From NCBI GenBank assembly GCA_963732875.1, contig CAVTBD010000002.1, forward strand, positions 257,063 to 321,062: 64,000 nt of DNA, given 5' to 3'. This DNA comes from an uncultured Alphaproteobacteria bacterium (GTDB lineage: Bacteria > Pseudomonadota > Alphaproteobacteria > SMXQ01). The position numbers and the translations under genes were made by a program. This document shows positions 30,984 to 44,619 of this stretch, one piece after another. The stretch's first letter is position 1. Every line of letters starts with the position of its first letter. Below the pieces are notes generated by a model. That model had not been told where the DNA came from and made no database searches. It saw only the letters and a program-made list of their open reading frames with translations.

Positions 30984-32063
30984 TCAGTTCGCCTCGATCA
31001 TGGGCTTACCGTCGGGCCGCGGCGGCAAGGTTAGCCCCTTGGCGCCCATCACCACCGGCGGTGGCGCGGTCCGGGCCGCGGCGGCCTTCTGCCGGGTCAC
31101 GTTGCCGACCTTGGGCGGGATCGGCGTCTGGCGCAGCAGGGTGATGGAGAGCCTGCGGTTGCGGGGCGATGTGGGATCGCTCTTGATCAGGGGCTCCGTA
31201 TCGGCGCGGCCGACCACGCGGGAGATGCGCGATTCGGCGAGGCCGTAGTGGATCATGTCGCGGCGGGCCGATTGGGCGCGGTCGGACGACAGTTCCCAGT
31301 TGGTATAGGTGGAGCCGCGCGAATAGGGGGTTGCGTCGGTGTGGCCGGAAATCGAGACCTTGTTGGGCAGCGGGGCGATGATCTTGGCGACCATGGCGAG
31401 CAGTTCGTGGGTGCGCTGGTAGGGCATGGCGGAACCGCGCGCGAACATCGAAACCTTGTCCTGGTCGACGATCTGGATGCGCAGGCCTTCCTCGGTACGA
31501 TCCACGATCAGGTTCTCGGCGAGCTTGCGCAGCCCGGGCGTCGTCTCGATGGCACGCTTGATATCCTGCTGGACCTTGTCGAACGCCTTCTCCTCGCGCG
31601 CCCGCATGATGTCCTGCATCTGCAATTCCGTGTAATCGTCCTTGGGGGCGTCCGGGTTCTTGCCGGCGTTGTCGGGATCCTTGACGCGCTCGTCCTTGGT
31701 GCCCGTATCGACCTTGTCCTCGGAATCGGCGTCGGTGCTGTTGCTGCGCTTCTCGGGGGCCGGTATCGGCATGCCGATGGGTGCGCCACGGCCTTTCATC
31801 GGACCGTCGAGCGTGATGGTCGCGCCCGACAGGATCTGGCCTGCGCCCGACGTGGTGCGCGCCACCGATGCCGGGTTGAAGTATTCGGAGATGCCCGAGC
31901 GCTGCTCCTGGGTGGTGGAGTTGAGCAGCCACAGCAGCAGGAAGAACGCCATCATGGCGGTCACGAAGTCGGCGTAGGCGACCTTCCACGCGCCGCCGTG
32001 ATGGGCGGCGTGCTCGCCGCCCTTCTTGCGTCTGACGATGATCGGTGCCGCGTTGGTCGCCAT
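30984..32063 (-). CDS. motB: Flagellar motor stator protein MotB (OmpA-like peptidoglycan-binding C-terminus)
   Basis: 359 aa, ...HHGGAWKVAYADFVTAMMAFFLLLWLL (plug/TM with the conserved Asp), C-terminal ISGHTDATPY....YTNWELSSDRAQSARR...GRADTEPL.....P.NRRLSITLL. Confidence 0.85.
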   Translation of the reverse strand: MATNAAPIIVRRKKGGEHAAHHGGAWKVAYADFVTAMMAFFLLLWLLNSTTQEQRSGISEYFNPASVARTTSGAGQILSGATITLDGPMKGRGAPIGMPIPAPEKRSNSTDADSEDKVDTGTKDERVKDPDNAGKNPDAPKDDYTELQMQDIMRAREEKAFDKVQQDIKRAIETTPGLRKLAENLIVDRTEEGLRIQIVDQDKVSMFARGSAMPYQRTHELLAMVAKIIAPLPNKVSISGHTDATPYSRGSTYTNWELSSDRAQSARRDMIHYGLAESRISRVVGRADTEPLIKSDPTSPRNRRLSITLLRQTPIPPKVGNVTRQKAAAARTAPPPVVMGAKGLTLPPRPDGKPMIEAN

Positions 32064-32096
32064 TTGGTTCCGTCCTGGAGCCCCTGAAGTCTGCCG

Positions 32097-32957
32097 CTAC
32101 AACGACGGCGCGTTCTGCGTCGCGTCTTCCACCTCATAGAAGGTGGGACGCACGTCCTCGAGCAGGGCCTTGCGGGCGAACTCGACCGAAACAGATGGCG
32201 CGTTGCCCTGCATGTGGGCGAGCAGCGCCACCTTGATGCACTGCAGGTATTTGATCTCTGCATCCAGCACGGACTTGAGAGCGCTTGCCATGGGGCCGAA
32301 CAGGCCGTAGGCGAGAAGCACGCCCGAGAACGTGCCCACGAGCGCGCCGCCGATCAGCTTGCCGAGGATTTCCGGCGGCTCGGTGATCGAGCCCATGGTG
32401 TGGATCACGCCCAGCACCGCCGCGACGATGCCGAGCGCGGGCGTGCCGTCGGCGATGGTCTGGATCGCGGTCGCGACGTGGATTTCCTCCGAATGGCGGG
32501 TCTCGATCTCCTCGTCCATCAGGACTTCCATCTCGAACGGGTTCTCGGCGCCCAGTACCATCATGCGCAGGTAGTCGCACAGGAACGTCAGCGCGTGGTG
32601 ATCCTCATGGAGGAGCGGAAATTTCTGGAACAGCTCGCTTTCGAGCGGGTTCTCGACATGGGATTCGAGCACCAGCATGCCTTTGGACTTGGCGAGCTTG
32701 AACACGGTGTAAAGAAGGGCCAGCAGCTCCAGGTAGGCGTCCTTGCTGTACTTGGGGCCCTTGATGAGCTTGCGGACCGCCGGGCCGGTGTTCTTCAGCA
32801 CAGACTTCGGGTTGCCGATGATGTACGAGCCGATGGCGGCGCCGATGATGATCAGGAACTCGAACGGCTGCCACAGGACGTAGAGATGCCCGCCGTTGGC
32901 GACGTAGCCGCCCAGCACGCTCACGATTACGACCAAAAGGCCCACGAAGAAGAACAT
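32097..32957 (-). CDS. motA: Flagellar motor stator protein MotA
   Basis: 286 aa, 4 TM, ...ADGTPALGIVAAVLGVIHTMGSI.EPPE.LG..IGGALVGTF.GVLLAYG. Confidence 0.9.
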   Translation of the reverse strand: MFFFVGLLVVIVSVLGGYVANGGHLYVLWQPFEFLIIIGAAIGSYIIGNPKSVLKNTGPAVRKLIKGPKYSKDAYLELLALLYTVFKLAKSKGMLVLESHVENPLESELFQKFPLLHEDHHALTFLCDYLRMMVLGAENPFEMEVLMDEEIETRHSEEIHVATAIQTIADGTPALGIVAAVLGVIHTMGSITEPPEILGKLIGGALVGTFSGVLLAYGLFGPMASALKSVLDAEIKYLQCIKVALLAHMQGNAPSVSVEFARKALLEDVRPTFYEVEDATQNAPSL

Positions 32958-33109
32958 GTTCCGCCCGCTTGTACTCGATGGTTCGAAAGACGCCCGCGCC
33001 CCAACCTCGCAGTTGCGTGGTTAAGAACGGGTTTACCCGCCAGCCGGCCACGCCTTTCGGGAGGCCGATATGCCAAGGCAAGGTTAACGGAGAGGGAGTT
33101 AAGTCCGCC

Positions 33110-35548
33110 TTAAGAGGTAGGGCCGGGCGGTGCCGTGCCCGTGGGGGCAAGACGCAGGGTTTCCAGCGGTCCCGCGGGCGCGGGCGGCAAGGTGACGTAG
33201 GCACCGTCGCGCCAGCCCCGGGTCAGGTCGCGGTAGTGGGGCGACAGCGGGTTGCCCGACTGGCCGCCCGGCATGGCGAACAGCGAGCGGTCGAGGTCCG
33301 AGAGATCGTAGAGTCCCCGGAAGCTCGCGCCGTGGACGTGGGCGTAGGGATTGCGCGCGTCGCCGAGGCGCGGCGTGCCCCGGTTGACGGTAAAGTCGTC
33401 GCCATCGGTCGCAATCGTAATCCGGGTGAGCGCGCCGAGCCCCGGAATCCAGTCGAGCGCCGCGTCCCGGAAGTTGGCGAGATGGGCGCTGCCCCAGCGC
33501 CATTGTGCGACGTCGCCGCCGAAGCGCCGGCTAAGCGCTTCCCGGGCCTCCAGCAGGGCGCCCGCCAGCACCTGCGGACAGGCCTCACGCGGCTTGGTCG
33601 CGGTGTCGTCGCACCAGGCCGTGTCGCGCGTGATGACCCGTTCGATCAGGCGCGGCTTGAGGCGGCCGAAGCCTTTGGCGAGCGGGCCGAGCTCGTCATC
33701 GAACACGTCGGCCATGATGTGGCGAAGCCAGGCGGTGAACAGGAGCGGCTCGGGCCGGTTCCGGTCGGCGGTGCCGTCCCAATCCTTGAGGCGGTCGAGC
33801 AGCGGCGCCGTCGTGTCGGTGCGCGGCGTGGCTTGGAGCAGCACCGGCAGGAGCTCGCGTGCCGCCAGCGAGACCGCGTCCATCTGCAGCTTGCGGCTCG
33901 CGGCGACGCCGTGGGGGCCGGGCACGGACAGCACCTGTTCGATGCGTTCCGCCCGGTAGGGCTCTTCCCAGTCGCTGGAGATGAAATGGGGATAGTCGGC
34001 GCCGATCACCCGATTGTTGGCGTTGACGATGAGTCCGCTAGCGGGATCGAGCGTGCGCGGCAGGGCCGCCGGCGCAATGAACCCGTCCCAGTCGTAGGCG
34101 GCATCCTCGCCCGGCACCGGCGTCTCTCCGTTGCCCTTGCGGCGGATGGGCACGCGGCCGGCGACCGACAGGCCGGTGTGCCCGGCGGTATCGGCATAGG
34201 CGACGTTCTGCACCGGGCTGTCGAAATAGGCGAGGGCAGCCGTGAAGTCTGTCCAGTCCTTGGCCCGGTCGAGGCGGTAGAGCGCTTCGGCGCTGCGGTC
34301 GTCCGGCCTCAGCGCGGCGGAGCGGAGCGCGATCACGGCACCGGTGCCGGCCAGGCCGGCGAGCGAGTCGGAGATGTCGGAGATCACCGGGCCGTCGCGG
34401 GCCTCGCGTACGGTCAGCGGGACGTCGGGACCGCCGCGCACGCGGATGGTCTCCTGCCGGATCACGAACGGGCGCGCGCCGTCGGGGGCGAGATAGCGCC
34501 CGGGCGCGCCCGGCGCGAGCTTTTCCACCACGAGGTCCTCGGTATCGGCGCCGGTCGTGGTCATGCCCCAGGCGATGCGGGCGTTGTGGCCGAGCACGTG
34601 AAACGGCACCCCCGGTGCGGTGGCACCCGATACGGTGAGGCCCGGCGCGGTGATCCGGACCAGGTACCAGACGTTGGGGGCGCGGAATCCGAGATGGGGG
34701 TCGTTGGCGAGGATCGGCTTGCCAGTGCCCGTGCGCGTGCCCGCGAGCACCCAGGCATTGGAGGCGCCGCCCGACGGCGGCGGGGCCGGCAGGGCGCGTG
34801 CGAGCGCGTCGAGCACGAGGGCGGCGGCGCGTGTCGGCGCGGGGCCATCGGGAAGCGTCCCGGCATCGGCGTGGCCGTCCCCGGCGATGGTCACTGGCGC
34901 GTCGTCGGGATAGGGCGGAAACAGCTGTGCCGCCCGGGCCTTGCCGAGCCGGTCGTCGAGGCGCACGCGCAGGAGCTCGCGGCGCCAGTTGCCGGACAGC
35001 GCGAACGCCATGAGCCGGCCCCATACCAGCGAATCCGCCGGGCGCCACGGCTCGGGCACCGCGCCGAGCAGGGCGAATTCCGGCGGCAGCGCGCCGCTGT
35101 GACCGGCGATCCAGGCGTTGACCCCGCGCGCATAGGCATCGAGCGCGTCGCGCACGGCGGCGGACAGCAGCGGCACGCTTTCCTCGGCGAGACGGTAGAG
35201 GCCGAGGGTGCGCATCAGGCGGTCCTGCGCCACGAATCGCACGCCGGCGATCTCGGCGAGCCGTCCCGCGCCGAGCCGGCGCATCGCCTCCATCTGCCAC
35301 AGGCGGTCCTGCGCATGGGCATAGCCGAGCGCGAAATAGGCGTCCTCGGCACTGTCGGCATGGATATACACGAGACCGTGCCGGTCCCGCGTGATCTCGA
35401 CCGGTGCGGCGATGCCGGCGACCGCGCGCGTGCCCTGGGTGTCCGGCAGCGAGCCACGCAGCCACAAATAGACGACCCCGCCGGCGATCACGAGCAGGAC
35501 CGCGAGCACCCCCAGAACCCATCCGAGAATGCGGCCTAAATATTTCAT
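33110..35548 (-). CDS. Penicillin acylase / acyl-homoserine-lactone acylase family Ntn-hydrolase with N-terminal membrane anchor
   Basis: ATG 35548: MKYLGRILGWVLGVLAVLLVIAGGVVYLW, then ...YIHADSAEDAYFALGYAHAQDRLWQME..RR...GRLAE..G, GASNAWVLAG (nucleophile Ser after autoproteolysis), ANDPHL. ~812 aa. Confidence 0.85.
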   Translation of the reverse strand: MKYLGRILGWVLGVLAVLLVIAGGVVYLWLRGSLPDTQGTRAVAGIAAPVEITRDRHGLVYIHADSAEDAYFALGYAHAQDRLWQMEAMRRLGAGRLAEIAGVRFVAQDRLMRTLGLYRLAEESVPLLSAAVRDALDAYARGVNAWIAGHSGALPPEFALLGAVPEPWRPADSLVWGRLMAFALSGNWRRELLRVRLDDRLGKARAAQLFPPYPDDAPVTIAGDGHADAGTLPDGPAPTRAAALVLDALARALPAPPPSGGASNAWVLAGTRTGTGKPILANDPHLGFRAPNVWYLVRITAPGLTVSGATAPGVPFHVLGHNARIAWGMTTTGADTEDLVVEKLAPGAPGRYLAPDGARPFVIRQETIRVRGGPDVPLTVREARDGPVISDISDSLAGLAGTGAVIALRSAALRPDDRSAEALYRLDRAKDWTDFTAALAYFDSPVQNVAYADTAGHTGLSVAGRVPIRRKGNGETPVPGEDAAYDWDGFIAPAALPRTLDPASGLIVNANNRVIGADYPHFISSDWEEPYRAERIEQVLSVPGPHGVAASRKLQMDAVSLAARELLPVLLQATPRTDTTAPLLDRLKDWDGTADRNRPEPLLFTAWLRHIMADVFDDELGPLAKGFGRLKPRLIERVITRDTAWCDDTATKPREACPQVLAGALLEAREALSRRFGGDVAQWRWGSAHLANFRDAALDWIPGLGALTRITIATDGDDFTVNRGTPRLGDARNPYAHVHGASFRGLYDLSDLDRSLFAMPGGQSGNPLSPHYRDLTRGWRDGAYVTLPPAPAGPLETLRLAPTGTAPPGPTS

Positions 35549-35632
35549 AAACAGATACTTACGATAGTTTCCAGAAGTTATGCTCAAGCTTTTCGCCCGT
35601 GCCGCGCGGGGGCGCGCGCATCGCTGATTGGA

Positions 35633-36787
<1,155 letters not shown>

Positions 36788-36864
36788 TTAAGCATTCGGC
36801 CGCGATAATCGGTGCGAAGGCGGGCCCTGAGGGGGGCCGGCCGCGACACTTCAGTCACATTGCA

Positions 36865-37362
36865 ATGCCAAGCGAGGATGCCGTGGACCACATTTACCAG
36901 GACGTCATTTTCCTGATCGAGCGGCTGCACCGTCATTTCCTCGAGGTGGTCAAGACCGAACTTGACCGTCTCGGCACCGAGGATATCAACAACGTGCAGG
37001 CCCTGATCCTGTTCAACATCGGCGAGGAGGAGCTGACGGTGGGCGAACTCACCAACCGCGGCTACTACCTCGGCTCCAATGTCTCCTACAACGTCAAGAA
37101 GATGGTCGAGAACAACTATCTCGTCCACGAGCGCTCCACCCACGATCGCCGTTCGATCCGCGTGCGCCTGTCGGACAAGGGCCTCGACCTCTACGGCAAG
37201 ATGAAGGTGATGTTCGAGCGCCATATCGCGGAGCTCGACGCCAGCCCGGCGACCAACGAGGAGCTCAAGGACGCGGTCAAGTCGCTGCGTCACCTGGAGC
37301 AGTTCTGGACCCGCCTGCTGGCCCTCGGCCTGCGCGGTCCGGTGAACGTCTCGGCCGCCTGA
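36865..37362 (+). CDS. MarR-family winged-helix transcriptional regulator
   Basis: 165 aa, ...ALILFNIGEEELTVGELTNRGYYLGSNVSYNVKKMVENNYLVHERSTHDRRSIRVRLSDKG. Divergent from hemB. Confidence 0.75.
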   Translation: MPSEDAVDHIYQDVIFLIERLHRHFLEVVKTELDRLGTEDINNVQALILFNIGEEELTVGELTNRGYYLGSNVSYNVKKMVENNYLVHERSTHDRRSIRVRLSDKGLDLYGKMKVMFERHIAELDASPATNEELKDAVKSLRHLEQFWTRLLALGLRGPVNVSAA

Positions 37363-37410
37363 GCAGAGGCCCGCGTACCGGGTCGAACAATCCCATTCGG
37401 CATCCCGCGG

Positions 37411-37445
37411 TCGCCGCGCACTTCGGTGCGCGGCGATCTCTTTTT
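37411..37445 (+). terminator. Rho-independent terminator after the MarR-family gene
   Basis: Perfect 11-bp stem tcgccgcgcac/gtgcgcggcga with loop ttcg, followed by TCTCTTTTTGGG. Confidence 0.65.
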
Positions 37446-37525
37446 GGGCGGGGCGCATCCGACAGGTTGTTTCCGAAGAATATTACGGACACGGGCGTGC
37501 GTTTGCGTGCGCCGGTGGCCCCTGG

Positions 37526-40381
37526 CTAGTGGGTCTTTACGCGCCGCGCGGGCGTCTCGCGGGCCTCGTCGCCGAGCTCCGCAGCCAGCAGGCCGAGCAT
37601 CCGCGCAACCTGTCCGGCGAGCCGGCGCAGCTCGGGAACGTGAGCGGTTGCGCCGACGTAGTCGTTGTCACGGGCGGCCGTTTCGACGTCATTGGAGAGA
37701 TCGTGAAGGCCGAAGGCACCGAAGCTGCCCGACGTGCTCTTGAGGTCGTGGGCCGCATGGCGCAACGCGGCGACATCGTCGCCGGCGAGCGCCTTGTCGA
37801 TACGGGCGAGGATGCGCGCCAATTCGGCCCGGTAGGTCTCGATGAGGTCGCGGGTGGCATCGCGGCCGACCGTGGCGACCAGGAGGTCGATCACCTTGCG
37901 GTCGATCAGCGGTGCGGCGTCGGCCATGCCAGCCGGCGCCGTCGCGGCAACGGCTTTCCTGCTGCTATTGTCGGATATGCGACGCCGGGTGCGACGCTTG
38001 AGCACCTGCGCGAGCCTGGCTAGATCGAGCGGCTTGGCGAGGTAGTCGTCCATGCCCATGGCGAGGCAGGTCTTGTCCTCGCCCTGAAGCGCGTTGGCGG
38101 TCAGTGCGACGATCGGAATACGGTTCCTGGGCGGCGGCAGATGGCGGATCGCGGCGGTCGCTTCGAATCCGTCCATTTCGGGCATCATGACGTCCATCAG
38201 GACGAGGTCGTAGGAACCTTGCCGCACCGCCTCCACGGCTTCCCTGCCATTAGCGGCGACGTCGGCATGATGGCCGAGCTTGCCGAGCATCGCCACGACG
38301 AGCATCTGGTTCACGTGATTGTCCTCGGCGACGAGGATGTCGAGCGGACGGGGCTGGCGGTCGTTGCGTAGCAGGGCGAGCTCTTCGGCGGTGACATGCT
38401 GTCCGTCGGGTGCAACCGCGGTGTTCTCGTTGCGCGCTTCGGCGCGGCCGGTGAGGTCGGCGATGCAGTTGTAGAGCGCGACTTCGTGCACCGGCCGGGC
38501 CAGCCAGCGGGTGAAGGCATGCTCCGCCATCCATTCCGGTGACGGCTTGTCGGCGATTGCCGACATCGCGACGCTGCCGCTGGTGACCGCGCCCTGTCGA
38601 ATGGCCTCGGCGAGGGATGCGCTCCGCTCGCCACTGACGGCGTGCTCGTCCACCAGGATGACGTCGAAGGTATGGCCTTCACCACGCGCGGCCTGCAGCC
38701 TTGCCAGGGCATCGCCGAGGCTGCCCGCCGTGTCGACCGTGATCTGCCAGTCCCCCAGCTGGCGTGCGATCAGGTTGCGCGTGACCGGTTCGTTGTCGAT
38801 AACGAGCACATGCAGCCCGCTCAAGGCGGCGGGGGCGGCATCCTGTTGCGGCGCGACGCCCAGTTCGACGCGGAACCAGAAGCGGCTGCCCTGGTCGGGG
38901 CGGCTGTCGACGCCGATGGCGCCGTTCATCGCCTCGATGATCCTGCGTGAGATCGCGAGCCCGAGCCCGGTACCGCCATAGCGCCGGGAGGTGGAGGCGT
39001 CGGCCTGGGTAAAGCGGGTGAACAGCTGGGATTGTACGTCCTCCGCGATGCCAATTCCGGTATCCATGACGTCTACATGCAGAATGAAGTTGCCGTCGGG
39101 GCGGTGCTTGCGGCGGGCTGTCACGGTGACGGCGCCGCGCTCGGTGAACTTGATGGCGTTGCCGAACAGGTTGATCAGCACCTGACGCAGCCGCCCGGGG
39201 TCGCCCATGAGACGACGCGGTACGTCGGGCGCGACATATGTTGCGATTCTGAGGCCCTTGGCCTGCGCCCGGGGGGCCAGCAGATTGGCGACCAATTCGA
39301 TCAGATCGACGGGATCGAACGGGATGTGCTCAAGTACCACCTTGTCGGCCTCGAGCTTCGAGAAATCGAGGATATCGTTCACGATATCGAGCAGGGCCTC
39401 GCCCAATTCGCGGATCGCTTCGGCATAGCTGCGCTGCTCGGGATCGAGCGGACTTTCGAGCAGCATGGCCGCCATGCCGAGCACGCCGTTCATTGGGGTG
39501 CGGATCTCGTGGCTCATCGTGGCAAGGAAATCGGATTTCGCCTGGTTGGCCCGTTCCGCGGCGTCGCGTGCCTGGATGAGTTCCTTTCCCTGGGTCTCCA
39601 GGCGATGCTTGGTCTCCTCCAGTTCGGTCACGCGAGCCTGAAGTTCATGCTCCACCTGCTTGAGGCGGGTGATGTCGGTGCGTATGCCGACGTAGCCGCC
39701 GTCCGCGGTACGCCGCTCCGAAATCTTGATCCATCGTCCGTCGTCGAGCTGGATTTCTTCGGGGATGAGGGGATTGAGGTGGCGCTCTACTCGTTCGCGG
39801 ACCCAGTCCTCGCCGCGGCGGCCGGCGGCGGTACGTGGCGGCGCGACCGATATCGCATGGCGTATCAGCGCTTCGAAGGTCAGGCCGGGCTCGATCAGGT
39901 GAAGCGACCGGGGAAACAGCGCCTTGAACTTGCGGTTGCAGATCACGAGGCGGTCGTCCGCGTCGAACAGGACGAAGGCCTCCGACATGGTCTCGATTGC
40001 CTGGGTCAGCTCGTTGCGGGTGCGCTCCAGTTCCTTTGTCAGGCGCCGTTCCCGGGCGATTTCTAAGGCGCCGTAAACGCCGTAAAGGATCGTCAGCACA
40101 AGGCCCGTCATGAAGATGAGCGCGGCATCGTCACCGATCCCGTAGGCGGCCCCCGCATCCATCAGGCGATGCAGAAGGAGATGTATCCCGGTGCCCACCA
40201 GGAAATGCGCGGAAGCCGCGCCGGCGAGCGTGAGCGCAAGGCCGATCGCGAGCTTGAGAGAGAGCGAGGCGGGACGTCGGCCGGCGGCGGCAAGTGTACT
40301 GGAATCGGGCGTATTCGCCGGTGCCGCCACGGGTCTTTCGTGTTGTTCTGGCATGGGGTGGGGCGCGGCTCCGGAACTCAT
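37526..40381 (-). CDS. Hybrid sensor histidine kinase/response regulator (TM - PAS - HisKA - HATPase_c - REC - REC - Hpt)
   Basis: 951 aa. H-box [16 protein letters not shown] boxes [28 protein letters not shown]. First receiver-like region ...VLVIDNEPV...FDVILVDEH. Second, canonical receiver [11 protein letters not shown]...[14 protein letters not shown]...LTANA...YLAKP. C-terminal Hpt ([14 protein letters not shown]). Confidence 0.9.
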   Translation of the reverse strand: MSSGAAPHPMPEQHERPVAAPANTPDSSTLAAAGRRPASLSLKLAIGLALTLAGAASAHFLVGTGIHLLLHRLMDAGAAYGIGDDAALIFMTGLVLTILYGVYGALEIARERRLTKELERTRNELTQAIETMSEAFVLFDADDRLVICNRKFKALFPRSLHLIEPGLTFEALIRHAISVAPPRTAAGRRGEDWVRERVERHLNPLIPEEIQLDDGRWIKISERRTADGGYVGIRTDITRLKQVEHELQARVTELEETKHRLETQGKELIQARDAAERANQAKSDFLATMSHEIRTPMNGVLGMAAMLLESPLDPEQRSYAEAIRELGEALLDIVNDILDFSKLEADKVVLEHIPFDPVDLIELVANLLAPRAQAKGLRIATYVAPDVPRRLMGDPGRLRQVLINLFGNAIKFTERGAVTVTARRKHRPDGNFILHVDVMDTGIGIAEDVQSQLFTRFTQADASTSRRYGGTGLGLAISRRIIEAMNGAIGVDSRPDQGSRFWFRVELGVAPQQDAAPAALSGLHVLVIDNEPVTRNLIARQLGDWQITVDTAGSLGDALARLQAARGEGHTFDVILVDEHAVSGERSASLAEAIRQGAVTSGSVAMSAIADKPSPEWMAEHAFTRWLARPVHEVALYNCIADLTGRAEARNENTAVAPDGQHVTAEELALLRNDRQPRPLDILVAEDNHVNQMLVVAMLGKLGHHADVAANGREAVEAVRQGSYDLVLMDVMMPEMDGFEATAAIRHLPPPRNRIPIVALTANALQGEDKTCLAMGMDDYLAKPLDLARLAQVLKRRTRRRISDNSSRKAVAATAPAGMADAAPLIDRKVIDLLVATVGRDATRDLIETYRAELARILARIDKALAGDDVAALRHAAHDLKSTSGSFGAFGLHDLSNDVETAARDNDYVGATAHVPELRRLAGQVARMLGLLAAELGDEARETPARRVKTH

Positions 40382-40530
40382 GCAGAAAAGGATTATAATT
40401 AAAGTAGTAATTTAGAGACTTCACGTTGCCAAACCGTTAAGAATCGGGCAGTTCTGGTTCCCGCCGGACGAATGGATTACAGTGCCGATTCAAGTGGTTG
40501 GGGGATTTTGCATGGGGGCCCGGGCAGGAC

Positions 40531-40779
40531 ATGGCGGAGCGTCCGAAAGATCGGGCCGGCAACGAGGCCGAAGGGGTCATCGTCGAGTTTCGCCGCGTCG
40601 GGCACGCGGTGAAGGTTTCGGCCGTGGATACCCGCAGTCTCGTGGAAGTGTCGATCATGGCCCCGGTTACGGCGAGCGAGCGCGAAATGACCGACGCGGT
40701 GCTCAGGAAGCTCGCCTGGGTGCAGGCACGTGGTCAGGGAGCGGGCGGGGGACGTCGCGGTCCCGCCGGGGGCCGCTGA
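40531..40779 (+). CDS. Small conserved hypothetical protein (resembles the DUF6898-type small alphaproteobacterial proteins)
   Basis: ATG 40531: MAERPKDRAGNEAEGVIVEFRRVGHAVKVSAVDTRSLVEVSIMAPVTASEREMTDAVLRKLAWVQ... The family assignment is from memory of similar sequences and was not checked. Confidence 0.5.
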   Translation: MAERPKDRAGNEAEGVIVEFRRVGHAVKVSAVDTRSLVEVSIMAPVTASEREMTDAVLRKLAWVQARGQGAGGGRRGPAGGR

Positions 40780-40835
40780 CCGTGCTCGGTCCGGCGCGCC
40801 GTTGGAAAGCCAGGTCGGGGAGCTGACGCGCGCGC

Positions 40836-41750
40836 ATGGCGTATTTCCTCCAGCAGCTCATCAACGGTCTTACCCTCGGGGCCGTCTACGGCCTGATCGC
40901 CATCGGCTACACGATGGTGTACGGCATCATCGGCATGATCAATTTCGCCCATGGCGAGATCTACATGATCAGCGCCTTCATCGCGATGATCGCCTTTTCC
41001 GTCCTTGGCTTCATGGGCGTCGCCTCGGTGCCGCTCGCCCTTCTCGTGGTGCTGCTGCTGACCATGCTGTTCACCGCGGCCTACGGCTGGACCGTGGAGC
41101 GGCTCGCCTACCGCCCGCTGCGCGGTTCGTTCCGGCTGGCGCCCCTGATCTCGGCCATCGGCATGTCGATCTTCCTGCAGAACTACGTCCAGATCCTGCA
41201 GGGCGCCCGGGTCAAGGCGATGACGCCGATGCTCACCGGCGGTTTCGTGGTGATGCAGGAGGGCAGCTTCAAGGTCACGCTGTCCTACCTGCAGCTCCTC
41301 ATCATGGCGCTCACGGTCGTGCTGATGCTGGGCCTGAGCCGGGTGATCTCGCACACCGCGCTCGGGCGCGCCCAGCGCGCCTGCGAGCAGGACCGGAAGA
41401 TGGCGGCGCTGTGCGGCATCGACATCGACCGAGTGATCTCGCTCACCTTCGTCATGGGGGCGGTGCTGGCGGCGGTCGCGGGCGTGCTCAACACGCTCTA
41501 CTACGGCGTGATCGACTTCTTCATCGGTTTCCTGGTGGGCCTCAAGGCGTTCACGGCGGCGGTGCTGGGCGGCATCGGCTCGTTGCAGGGAGCCATGCTG
41601 GGCGGCCTCCTGATCGGCCTGATCGAGGCGTTCTGGGCGGCCTATTTCTCCGCTGCCTACAAGGACGTGGCGGCGTTCTCGGTCCTCGTGCTGGTACTGA
41701 TCTTCCGTCCCACGGGCCTGTTCGGCCGACCCGAAGTCGAAAAGGTCTGA
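40836..41750 (+). CDS. livH: Branched-chain amino acid ABC transporter permease
   Basis: 304 aa, MAYFLQQLINGLTLGAVYGLIAIGYTMVYGIIGMINFAHGEIYMI...AYRPLR......LISAIGMS..LQN. Confidence 0.92.
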   Translation: MAYFLQQLINGLTLGAVYGLIAIGYTMVYGIIGMINFAHGEIYMISAFIAMIAFSVLGFMGVASVPLALLVVLLLTMLFTAAYGWTVERLAYRPLRGSFRLAPLISAIGMSIFLQNYVQILQGARVKAMTPMLTGGFVVMQEGSFKVTLSYLQLLIMALTVVLMLGLSRVISHTALGRAQRACEQDRKMAALCGIDIDRVISLTFVMGAVLAAVAGVLNTLYYGVIDFFIGFLVGLKAFTAAVLGGIGSLQGAMLGGLLIGLIEAFWAAYFSAAYKDVAAFSVLVLVLIFRPTGLFGRPEVEKV

Positions 41751-41753
41751 GCC

Positions 41754-43072
<1,319 letters not shown>

Positions 43073-43076
<4 letters not shown>

Positions 43077-43890
43077 CGGCGCCCTTGCTTTCGGTCGAGC
43101 ATCTCACCATGCGCTTCGGCGGGCTGGTGGCCGTGGACGACCTCTCGTTCTCCGCCCGGACCGGCGCGATCACCGCGATCATCGGTCCCAATGGCGCGGG
43201 CAAGACCACCGTGTTCAACTGCATCACCGGCTTCTACCGGCCCGGCACAGGGCGCCTCGCGCTCGGCCGCGACGGCCGGACGTTCCTGCTGGAACGCATG
43301 GAGGGCTTCCGCATCGCGCGCGATGCCGGGGTCGCGCGCACCTTCCAGAACATCCGGCTGTTCCCGCGCATGACGGTGCTGGAAAATCTCATGGTGGCGC
43401 AGCACACGACCCTGATGCGGGCGTCCGCGTTTTCGCTCGCCGGCCTTCTGGGGCTCAAGGGATTTCGCGCGGCGGAGAGCGACGCGGTGACGCTGGCGCG
43501 TGGCTGGCTCGAGCGCCTCGGCCTGGTTCAGTTCGCCGACCGCGAGGCCGGCACGCTTCCCTATGGTGTGCAGCGCAAGATCGAGATCGCGCGGGCGATG
43601 TGCACGTCGCCGAATTTGCTGTGTCTCGACGAGCCCGCCGCCGGCCTCAACCCGCGCGAGACCGCGGAATTGAGTCACCTGCTCGCAGCGATACGCGACG
43701 ATACCGGTGTCGGCATGCTGCTGATCGAGCACGACATGGGGCTGGTGATGGGAATCTCCGACCATGTCGTGGTGCTCGACCACGGCGCCAGGATCGCCGA
43801 GGGGCCGCCCGATGCCGTCCGAAACGATCCCGCGGTGATCCGTGCCTATCTCGGTGAGGACGAGACGACGATGGCGGTGGGGGACGCGCC

Positions 43891-43894
<4 letters not shown>
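43073..43894 (+). CDS. livG: Branched-chain amino acid ABC transporter ATP-binding protein
   Basis: ATG 43073 (ATGA overlap with livM). LSVEHLTMRFGGLVAVDD, Walker A GPNGAGKTT, signature YGVQRKIEIARA, Walker B LLCLDEPAAG. Confidence 0.93.

Positions 43895-44615
<721 letters not shown>

Positions 44616-44619
<4 letters not shown>

Noticed and set aside
32958-33109. Sigma54-type promoter (TGGCAT) upstream of motA
   Set aside because: The GG element is not followed by a TTGC element at the required spacing, and no flagellar sigma28-like motif is convincing either. No promoter is reported for motA.
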